From Octopus sinensis (lineage: Eukaryota), in the NCBI RefSeq assembly GCF_006345805.1, contig NC_042999.1, positions 13,640,001 through 13,704,000 on the forward strand: a stretch of DNA of 64,000 bases, given 5' to 3'. A program made the translations under genes and the position numbers. Positions 24,736 through 35,480 of this stretch are shown here, piece after piece. A model generated the notes under the pieces. That model was not told the origin of the DNA, did no database searches, and worked only from the letters and a program-made list of their open reading frames with translations. Every line of letters starts with the position of its first letter. The first letter of the stretch is position 1.

Positions 24736-25570
24736 TAATAATAATAATAATGATTTCTTTCTACTAGAAACACAAAGCTTGAAAATCCTATGGGGGGTGG
24801 GCAGGTAGTCGATTACACTGACCCAAATGTTCAAATGGTCCTTATTTTATTGACTCCAAAAAGCATCAGTGGAATTAGAACTCATAACATAAATAAAACA
24901 AGAGTAGGTTTCCAGAGAAATATGGTAAGCAGAAAGTTAGAGGAAGATTCTGACAAGCTGAAGTTGATTGTGAGTAATGCATTCAATCAAAATTCTTACA
25001 GCCAAGTCATCCAAACTTCTTAGAAATGTACAAAAATAAAAGAAAAAAATGATAAAGAAAGAAAAGATACAAATATGGAAGCACAAAAAGTCGGATATTT
25101 ATTTATATATCTTTCAGTTTTCATTTTCTGAGAAAACATGCTTTACAAAATACTGCACTAATTTACATAATTACTCTAAATTAATTATTTTTCTACTTGG
25201 CATTTTTTATTTATTTTATTTTTTTCCCTCCACATAATTGCTATTAGCGCTTTCGGGTGATACGATATTCTTCATTTTTCCAAGAATATATAGATAGTAT
25301 CAGAAACATGACCTCCTTGAAAGGAGGTGCCCGGAGAGAAAATTTCAGTTACCTGAGGGGCAATATTTTAGCCTATTAGGAGGGAGGGAGGGAGGGAAGA
25401 AAAGAAGGAAGCGAGAAGAAGAAAAAGCCAGGAAAGAGAGGAATGAAGAAAGGAAGAAAGAAAGAAGAAAACAAATACACATACACACATACACACATAA
25501 GCATACACAAATACACACATACATGCACAAATGCTTACACAAATACACATATACACACTCACATACATGG

Positions 25571-25605
<35 letters not shown>

Positions 25606-25724
25606 CAGTTTTCTCTATTAAGGTATTGAAATATCAGTGTATATTATGGCCTTCAGGCAGAAACACATATTTTACTTGAAACACCACAACCAATATTGGA
25701 ACCAATCAAACCAATAACATAACA

Positions 25725-25757
<33 letters not shown>

Positions 25758-25758
<1 letters not shown>

Positions 25759-26021
25759 TAGAAGAAATGAGGTACTCAGAAATTTGGATGGTTTTATATT
25801 TACAGATATTTATTTGTATATTACATGTTTTTATACATCATATATCATATGTTAGCGCTTTCGTCCATTCTGGTAGAGTTTTCAATTAGTAAACTCCACC
25901 AGAATGGACAAAAGCACTAATATATGATATAAGTTATATGATGTATAAAAACATGTAATATACAAATAAATATCTGTAAATATAAAACCATCCGAATTTC
26001 TGAGTACCTCATTTCTTCTAA
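25758..26021. mobile_element. Palindromic (foldback) element
   Basis: TTAGAAGAAATGAGGTACTCAGAAAT... is mirrored by ...ATTTCTGAGTACCTCATTTCTTCTAA. Arms are about 125 bp around a central GAGTTTTCAATTAGTAAACTC. Confidence 0.85.
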
Positions 26022-27666
26022 TATAAAATACCAGTACATCATCTCTAAACCTTCTAATATATATATATTTATATATATATATGCATTATATACACTATAT
26101 ATATTCCTAATAAGAGGACACAAAACTGCAGTATGTCATCTAATTTAATGATTCTGTAACAATAGAAAATAGCTGCTCCTTCACATGCTGGTTTGGTGTT
26201 CTATCCTTGAGCTTGTTGCTTAACCCTTTTGTTATCATGTTTCTACTGAAATATGATAACAAAAGGGACAGGTGTGACACAAAACTTGCTTCCCAACTAT
26301 GTGGTTCCAGGTTCAATCACGTAGTGTGACACCTTGGGCAAGTGTCTTCTGCTATAGCCTTGGGCCAACCAAAGGCCTGTCAGTGGATTTGGTAGACGGA
26401 AACTGAAAGAAGCTTGTTGTGTATATATGTGAAAGAGAGAGAGAAAGAGAGAGAGAAATAGTGTGTGTCTGTGTGTCACCAGTGCTTGACAACTGGTATT
26501 TGTGTGTTTACATCCCAATAACTTAACAGTTCAACAAAAGAGACCTCAAGTACCAAGATTTTCTAAAAAAAGTACTGAGGTCAATTCATTTGACTAAAAT
26601 TTCAAGGTGATGCCCTAGTATGGCCGCAGTCCAATGACTGAAACCAGTAAAAGATAAAAAAAGAAAAGGAAGATGAAATATAAAAGGAGTCTCAACATAG
26701 GTACATAAGCTTGTTCCAGAGCCCTGTTCATAAACCCTACCATACTGCATTTCCAGCATAGAGAGAAGAGCCTAAAAGTAACCTCTGCCGGATTCCCATT
26801 AAAACAGAAATGAACAACACACATAAAAAAAGATAAAATTCTAAAAACAGACAACCATAAACAACCAATCACATTGCATCTTTGTAGTCATGTGTTTATG
26901 ACTCACTGTTAAGGGTGTCCCCCATAGCTGTTGTTTACTCTTTTACTTGTTTCAGTCATTTGACTACGGCCATGCTGGAGCACCGCCTTTAATCGAGCAA
27001 CTCGACCCTGGGATTTACTCTTTTGTAAGCCCAGTACTTATTCTATCGGTCTCTTTTGCCGAACCACTAAGTAACGGGGACATAAACACACCAGCATCGG
27101 TTGTCAAGCAATGCTAGGGGGACAAACACAGACACACAAACATACATGCACATACATATATATATATATATCATCATCATCATATATATATATATACATA
27201 TATACGACAGGCTTCTTTCAGTTTCCGTCTACCAAATCTACTCACAAGGCATTGGTTGGCCAGAGGCTACAGTAGGAGACACTTGCCCAAGGCGCCACGC
27301 AGAGGGACTGAACCCGGAACCATGTGGTTGGTAAACAAGCTACTTACCACACAGCCACTCCTGCGCCTAATGTTTACTAATTTTTAATCATTAAAAAAGA
27401 AAAGATTTTTGTAATGAAATGAGGGTGTGATGAATCCAGCGCTTAGCCAGGTAAACAAGCAAGGCCTAGACTTTTTACAGTTGTGGAAATTATTGAAAAT
27501 ATTTAATCTCCAGATATATAGGCTCCCAGTTTATCCTCATGTATAGTCTGCTTGCATTTTATTGATCAAAGTTCAGCTCAAATAAAATGGAGTTTAATCT
27601 TTCTCTCTCTTTTTTTTTTCTTTTTCAGAAAATCGTTTGTTATTTAATTTCATTATTTAGAGAACC

Positions 27667-28423
27667 ATACTTCACATTGTTGTGCAGCTACTGTTTATAC
27701 CTTGTTCAGAGATTTATTATTGCTCGTTTACACTTTTTCATCACTGGAAAAAAGATATATGTATTTGCATTGGGACCACTTCACATCGAAGACCAGTGAT
27801 TGTCGTGCACTGACGACGGGTAAATACCCAGAAACCTGGGTCCGTGCGTATCACTTCAGGTCAACAATGGAAAGGATGGCTTCCCTTTTGCAAATACTGA
27901 TAGGGCACAGAAAGTGTGTCAATAGCCAGCTGGAGAAGATCTTCTCCTGGGGCCACAAGCTACAGTAGCATCCACCCTTAGTGGTTAGCCACATTTAAGT
28001 GGCAAATATACTTCACATTGTCATGCAGCTACTGTCTATACCTCATTCAGAGATTTATTATTGCTTGTTTACACTTTTTCGAGATCAGTAACTTTCCGTC
28101 ACTGGAAAAAGGAAATATGTATTTGCATAGGGACCACTTCGCATCGAAGGCTGGTGATTATCATGCGCTGACGAGGGGTAAATACTCAGAAACCCGGGTC
28201 CGTGAGTATCACATCAGGTCAACGTTGGGAAGAATGACCTCCCTTTGCAAATACCAATAGGGCACAGAAAGTGTGCCAATAGCCAGCTGGAGAAGATGTT
28301 CTCCCGGGGCTACAAGCTACAGTAGCATCCACCCTTAGTGGTTAGCCACATTTAAGTGGCAAATATACTTCACATTGTCATGCAGCTACTGTTTATACCT
28401 CGTTCAGAGATTTATTATTGCTT
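27667..28423 (+). repeat. Tandem repeat of ~341-357-bp units (about 2.2 copies), each with a type-I hammerhead ribozyme motif
   Basis: Units start at ATACTTCACATTG (27667, 28008, 28365). Motif is CTGACGA...GAAA-CC(C/T)GG-GTC at 27810-27842 and 28168-28200. Confidence 0.85.
28161..28206 (+). ncRNA. Candidate minimal type-I hammerhead ribozyme (copy 2; copy 1 at 27803-27848)
   Basis: Stem I TGCG/CGTG, core CTGACGA, stem II GGGT-AAAT-ACTC, GAAA, palindromic stem III ACCCGGGT and cleavage triplet GTC. Caveat: the usual G10.1:C11.1 pair is absent (A at 11.1 in both copies). Confidence 0.6.
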
Positions 28424-29321
28424 ATCATTTATATATGGGTATCTCATTATGTATATTTTTGTTTCCAGTTATTTGGGAAATAAAAAAAAAAGAATTTAGC
28501 AAAACAACGGTTTAATTAATCTGAGGTTTTAAACTAATTATATAAATTTATTTGAAATTTTGAGGGAAAGTTTTAATTTAGATCACTTTAATGCAAGTTT
28601 GAAGCATGGAACTAAGGGTTGTCTCAGGTTAGTTGGCACCAAAACGGTTAGTAGGCAGTAATAATAAAATAATAATGCTCAGGTGCACCACAACGTGTCA
28701 AAAGTGCATATAAAGTATATTTCAACATAAAATGCCCTAATTATTATTGCATAGCCACAGGTCAACATGATAACTGAACAAACCTGATATCAAGGGCAAT
28801 CTAGCCATGGCCATCAGGTCCTTCCTTCCTTTTTCTAGGGTATCCAGCCATAGAAACATTGCCAGATCAGACTGGGCTTGGTGCAGCCTTCTGGCTTCCC
28901 AGACCCCAGTTGCACCATCCAACCCATGCCAGCATGGAAAGTGGACGCTAAACGACGATGACGATGATGATGATGATGAGTAGTTTAATAACTTAGAGAA
29001 ACAAACATAATTTCACTCATTGGACCGTGGCCACGCTGGGGCACAGCCTTTATGGATAGAGTCAAACAAATTGACTCTCTTATTATTTTTAAGTCTGGCA
29101 TCTATTCTATTGGTCTCTTTGTCAAACTGCTAAGTAACAGGAATGTAAACAAACTGACACCAGTTGTCCAGTGATGGTGGGGCATGCACACAGGCACACA
29201 CACAGACTGGCACACACATAAAATGGGCTTCTTCCACCTGTCATCTACTAAATGCACTAACAAGGCATTGGATAGCCTGAAATTTTAGTAGAAGACACTT
29301 GCCCAAGGTCTTTGTTTTTGT

Positions 29322-29627
29322 TTTTTTTTTGTTCCTTCTCGAGCCATGCCTGGCTCAAAAGGGCTGGTTTCCCAGTTTCATTGGCGTATAGGTTCCTACC
29401 TAGATGGGACGTCGGTCCATCGCAGGTGAGTTGCAAGATGCAGGAGGAAAGAGTGAGAGAAAGTCATGGCAAAAGAGTCAGCAGAGGTTCGCCATTACCT
29501 TCTGCCGGAGCAGCGTAGAGCTTAGGTGTTTCGCTCACAAACACACACATCGCCCAGTCTGAGATTCGAACCTGTGATCCCTCGACCGCGAGTCCGCTGC
29601 TCTAACCACTAGGCCATGTGCCTCCAC
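29322..29627 (-). mobile_element. tRNA-derived SINE family D
   Basis: Head GGAGGCACATGGCCTAGTGGTTAGAGCAGCGGACTCGCGGTCGAGGGATCACAGGTTCGAATC with clear A and B boxes. A partial copy lies at about 59470-59640(-). Its 3' half (CTGCGATGGACC..GTCCCATCTAGG) is shared with a differently headed SINE at about 45080-45327(-). Confidence 0.85.
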
Positions 29628-30211
29628 AACTTGCCCAAGGTACCACACTGTGGGACTGAACTTGAAAACATGTAATTGCAAAGTAAATTTCTTAACCACA
29701 TGTCCATGTCTCTTTTTGTGTTTTCTTTTTAATTTTCTGTTTTGTTTTATTTATTTATTTATTTATTTATTCTTTTGGTTTTTTCCAATGATGGAGATAA
29801 TACCAAAGTATTTTCCTTCACAACTAAAGCTAGACAAACGCCAGAAGATATTATAGTACTATAGTGTGATTTTCTCTATTTCAATTTAGCCTTCACAGAC
29901 AGCTTTCCACTTCATTAAGAAAAACAGTAAAATTCTATATGGACCAAATTAAATTCATTAATTGTTAGCGTTAATCAATGCACAAATTGCTCTATAATAT
30001 AATCTGATATATATTCGCAAGGAAAAAAAGTCATTTTAATGAAAACAAATTGCATTACACTCATTATGTACAGAAATGTAATTTAGCATTTAAATGCTAA
30101 ATTTGTTATAATTACCAATCTTCCAGACAACTTACTCGAACAAAAAGACAAAAAAATAAAAAAACACATAATAAAGAAAAGCAAAAAAAAATAATTGTAT
30201 TAAATACTTAC

Positions 30212-30278
30212 ATCTCCGGTTGTTGCTACATGCCCAGTGATGCCAATATTAATTGGATATCTTGGTTCTCTTGACAAC
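30212..30278 (-). CDS. PDE11: PDE11-like phosphodiesterase, internal coding exon (GAF-B), 67 nt
   Basis: Pyrimidine tract ...ctactggtatag|G TTG TCA...GGA GAT|gtaagt. Translates LSREPRYPINIGITGHVATTGD, the PINIGITGHVATTG motif of PDE11-type GAF-B domains. Confidence 0.93.
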
Positions 30279-30628
30279 CTATACCAGTAGCAAACGAGAA
30301 ACAAGGAAACAAGTAAGAATGAATTAACAAATTTCACACAAAAACAGCCAATAACAGTAAAGACCATGGATTAACCTTTTGTTGTCCAAATGACATTTCA
30401 ACATAAGATGCCCTCATTGTTAGTGCACAGCCACAGGTCAACGTGATAACTGAACAAACTTGATATCAAGAGCAATCTAGCCGTGACCATCAGGTCCTTC
30501 TTTCCTTTTTCTTTTTTCAAAGGCATCTAGCACTAATATCCTATGTGTCCTTGGGAGTAGCCACTATGTCCTTAAACATATTCAAAGTGTCTTTGGATAC
30601 TTCTAATATCTTCCGACTTATCCAATTG

Positions 30629-31522
30629 TCCCTGAATAATTCTAGTATGCCCTTGAACATAGCCAGAGTGTCCCTGAATAATTCTAGTAAGCCCTTGAAC
30701 ATACCCAGTGAGTACTTGAATTATTCTAGTATGCCCTTGAACATACCCAGTGTTTCCTTGAATAATTCTAGTATGCCCTTGAATATACCCAGTGTGTCCT
30801 TGAATAATTCTAGTAAGCCCTTGAATATACCCAGTGTGTCCTTGAATAATTCTAGTATGCCCTTGAATATACCCAGTGCGTCCTTGAATAATTCTAGTAA
30901 GCCCTTGAATATACCCAGTGTGTCCTTGAATAATTCTAGTATGCCCTTGAATATACCCAGTGTGTCCCTGAATTATTCTAGTATGCCCTTGAATATACCC
31001 AGTGTGTCCCTGAATAATTCTAGTAAGCCCTTGAACATACCCAGTGTGTCCTTGAATAATTCTAGTAAGCCCTTGAACATACCCAGTGTGTCCTTGAATA
31101 ATTCTAGTATGCCCTTGAACATACCCAGTGTGTCCTTGAATAATTCTAGTATGCCCTTGAACATACCCAGTGTGTCCTTGAATAATTCTAGTATGCCCTT
31201 GAACATACCCAGTGTGTCCTTGAATAATTCTAGTATGCCCTTGAACATACCCAGTGTGTCCCTGAATAATTCTAGTATGCCCTTGAACATACCCAGTGTG
31301 TCCCTGAATAATTCTAGTATGCCCTTGAACATACCCAGTGTGTCCTTGAATAATTCTAGTATGCCCTTGAACATACCCAGTGTGTCCCTGAATAATTCTA
31401 GTAAGACCTTGAACATACCCAGTGTGTCCCTGAATAATTCTAGTATGCCCTTGAACATACCCAGTGAGTCCTTGAATAATTCTAGTATGCCCTTGAACAT
31501 ACCCAGTGTGTCCCTGAATAAT
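30629..31522. repeat. 42-bp minisatellite, about 21 copies (a dimer of two related 21-mers)
   Basis: Unit CCTTGAATAATTCTAGTATGC-CCTTGAA(C/T)ATACCCAGTGTGT. Degenerate 21-mers extend to about 30545 and 31630. Confidence 0.97.
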
Positions 31523-34489
31523 TTTAATATTCAGTATGTCCATGGTTATATCCAATGTCTAATGTTCAATATGTCATTGAACACATTCAGTGTATCCTTG
31601 GACAAATTTAATATCCAAATGTGTCCATCCATTTCTTTAAAACAATAAGGCATGAAAAGACTGAGACTGGCTGCTACTTCTAGCAAGGCAAGCAATCACA
31701 TACAGGCATCCTTAATGACTCAAAAATACTTCAGTGGACGTCAGACATGCAATACAGCATCAAGTGTTTGATGGACAGTTTCCATTATCTAAATTTAATT
31801 ACCATTTGAAAAACACTTCGTTAATGTCATGAATGGTCAGCGGAAGGTAAAACAGTAATGACGTATGTGACTGTAACTAATTGCCAGATGAAAACCCGAT
31901 CACAAACTTAATTTGAAAGATAATAATAATCCGTTCAGTCTTTGTCACAAAAGCAATCAAGCTTCAAAACGGTAGTACATTTACAGTTCAGTTCTATAAA
32001 ACAACTTATTAATCTAGAAATAATTGTTACTCAGACATAAACTTCAAAGCTACGGCTACAGACCTCATCAGTAATTATAACAGTAAGAGTTTCTGATGCT
32101 AACACAAAGCCACAATTGATTAATTCAACCCCACAATGTGATTTGTATTTTATCAACACCTCACTTATCTGCCACCACCCTCGATGCTGTCACATATCAA
32201 CTGCAGCTCCTACTCACAAGCCTCTCCTATAGCCGTTCAAGAATTTGGACCTGGAGATCTCCATTTCCAGCGACTTCGAGGGTCACCTCCCAGTGGTGTC
32301 GGGCGTCAATGAAGACGACCAAAGTGTTTTTTTCCCAAGGTCTGGGGTCTCCCGCCCCTAAGCCCTAGACCATCACCTAATCACCCTTACCCGTCTTGTT
32401 GCTTAACAACAACAACAGCTTCTCAGAGGGGACAAACAAGGACAGACAAAGGGATTAAGTCAATTACATCAACCCCAGTGCGTAACTGGTACTTAATTTA
32501 TCGACCCCGAAAGGATGAAAGGCAAAGACGACCTCGGCGGAATTTGAACTCGGAACGTAACGACAGTCGAAATACGGATACGAATTTCGCTCGGCGTGCT
32601 AACGTTTCTACCAGCTCAACATGTCAGTCCATCATTTGCAACAGTTACCTCTTTCCTGCCCACACACCCAGTCCAAATATCAGTATCACCTCACTTAGTC
32701 TCACCACCACAAATGTCCCTTGAGGGCACATCTCAACACCCCTTCACCATCATCTCTCTCACTACTGCTCTCTTTATCTTCCTCACTAGCTTGCTCCTCT
32801 TTCCCTTCCAACGGGAGGTGGGGTAGCCATGTATCTCCTCTGCAGCAAGACACCTATTTTTGTCCTTTAATCTCCCAACTGGCACAAACCCACTCTTCCC
32901 CACAAGCAGCCAAGGAGCTTTGCCTTGCAAGTTGCTTGGTGACCACATCAGTGTTGGTGACATAAAGAGCAGCCAGTATGCTTTGTAAGATGATTGGTGT
33001 TAAGAACCGTTAGCATACTGGGCAAAATGCGGTAAGCTGGCAGAATCGTTAGCAAAGGCGGCGAGCTTGCAGAATCATTAGCACGCCATGCCAAATGCTT
33101 AGCGGTATTTCATCTGCTGCTACGTTTTGAGTTCAAATTCCGCCAAGGTCGACTTTGCCTTTCATCCTTTCGGGGTCGATTAAATAAGTACCAATTACAC
33201 ACTGGGGTCGATATAAACGACTTAATCCCGTCGTCTATCCTTGTCTGTCCCCTGTATGTTTAGCACCCTGTGGGCAATAAAGAAATAATTTCTAATGATC
33301 TACACCGACTTCTTTTTAATTGATTTTGAAACTAATGAAGGATTTAATTTAGATCACTTTAAACAGGAGGTTTGTATCTCAAAACCAGGAACAATCACAG
33401 ACAGATCAGTATCGAAAGGGTCAAACATTAAAAGTTCTTTGATGTTTTGTCATCTATTTCAATAGGCGTAGGAGTGGCGGTGTGGTAAGTAGCTTGCTTA
33501 CCAACCACATGGTTCCGGGCTCAGTCCCACTGCGTGGCACCTTGGGCAAATGTCTTCTACTATAGCCTCGGGCCGACCAAAGCCTTGTGAGTGGATTTGG
33601 TAGTCAGAAACTAAAAGAAGCCCATCGTATATATGTATATGTATGTGTGTGTGTGTGTGTGTATGTGTGTGTATATGTTTGTGTGACTGTGTTTGTCCCC
33701 CCCCCCAACATCACTTGACAACCAATGCTGATGTGTTTACATCCCCGTAACTTAGCGGTTCAGCAAAATAGACCGATGGAATAAGTACCAGGCTTACAAA
33801 GAATAAGTCCTGGGGTCGATTTGCTTGACTAAAGGTGGTGCTCCAGCATGGCCCCAGTGAAATGACTGAAACAAGTAAAAGAGTAAAAGAGAGGTAACTC
33901 ATGTCCTCAAAGTCAAATACAGGCCATGTATAAGTGATCCCTTACATGAAAAACAGGCAAATTAGCATCAGGAAGGGCATCCACTTGTAAGACAATGCTT
34001 CATGTAACATAGTCATCTACTCACCCAACCCATGCAAGCATTGAAAAACAACTGTAAAATGAACAATATTTTTGATGAGGAAGAAGAAAATGATAAAAAG
34101 ATTTTAAATATATTCAAGTGAATTGCTTCGAATACGAGATTACCAAAGTAGAGTTAGATTTTATTCTTTTAATATAAAGAAGAGGAAACCACTTTATTAA
34201 AAAATCAAACATCAATTCAGAGAAGAGACAAGCAGCCATCGGTTGAGAGATAAGAAGAAATAAAAGACTTAGAGAAATAAAGCAGCTTATACTTAAAAGA
34301 AGACCCATTCAGTGAGGTGTAGTCGTATATAACTAATACACCTCTGTATCGTAGAAGCAATTGAAGAAATGACACAGAAAATAGTATACAATTGACTGAC
34401 AAGGTGATCCAACCGTAACACATACATATACAAACATATACAGACATATATATGAATGTGTCGTCATCATGTGTGTGTCAGTGTGTATG

Positions 34490-34525
<36 letters not shown>

Positions 34526-34770
34526 ATATATATATGCATATATATACACATATATAACATATATATATACATACATATACACATATATAACATATATATA
34601 CTTACATATACATACGTGTATACATATCTATAGATACACATATGTATACACACACACACACACACATATGTATGCACATGTATACACATACATAGATCTA
34701 CCTACACACGTACATACATCCACACATATGTATGTATACATATACACATACATAAATCTACATATATATA

Positions 34771-34853
<83 letters not shown>

Positions 34854-34899
34854 CCACACATATTTGTGGGGGGGAGGGGCAGATGAGCAGGAACAATAA

Positions 34900-35480
34900 A
34901 TACTAAGAACACAGGAAATAGATTTTCTCAAATACTCAGGAGAATCCTTAGATGTAGTAGATAGATTCTGTTACCAAGGCAACCTAATTAGTATTGGAGG
35001 AAGCTCTAAAAGTATAGCTGCTAGAATAAGAATCATCTGGCGAAAATTCAGAGAATTACTACATCGCTTCTTTTGGTAACAAAAGACCTTTCTCTCAGAG
35101 TGAAAGGCAGTTTGTATGGAGTTTGTGTATGAACAGCAATGTTACATGGTTGCAGAACATGGGTTTGTGAATGCAGAAGACATGCGAAGGCTTGAAAGAA
35201 AGGAAGCTTGCATGCTCTACTGGATGTGCAATGTTAGGGTCCATGTGTTTAAATATAGAACTAAAAGTACAAATATGTTGAGAGAAAAAAGTGGGCCACA
35301 ATGGAAAGAAAAGACTGCGTTGGTTTGGTTATGTGATAAGTATGGAAGAGGGCAACTACATAAAAAAGTGATAGTCGCTAAATGTGGATGGAACCTGTGA
35401 TAGACATGGGACACAGTGAAAGATGAATTGTGGGTGCTGAGCCTCACAGAGGAGATGATAAAGAAGCAGCAGTTTTGGTA
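34900..35480 (+). mobile_element. Decayed RTE-clade LINE, RT C-terminal region
   Basis: SLDVVDRFCY..., ARIRIIWRKFRELL, LVTKDLSLRVKGSLYGVCV, AMLHG, AEDMRRLERKEACMLYWMCNV, with stops and frameshifts. Confidence 0.85.

Noticed and set aside
25353-25372. 20-nt micro-exon (cctaatag|GCTAAAATATTGCCCCTCAG|gtaact)
   Set aside because: It would frameshift, and the flanking exons already join with no gap relative to PDE11 homologues. It could only be a poison exon, for which there is no evidence.
29540-29627. Functional tRNA gene (also the heads at 53620-53675, 45260-45327 and 62169-62240)
   Set aside because: A and B boxes are present, but I could not form an acceptor stem and each head continues into a repeated SINE body.
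30545-31648. 367-aa, 327-aa and 175-aa ORFs as real proteins
   Set aside because: They are overlapping readings of one 42-bp repeat that lacks stops in three frames. There is no domain and no splice support, and the repeat is intronic to the PDE gene.
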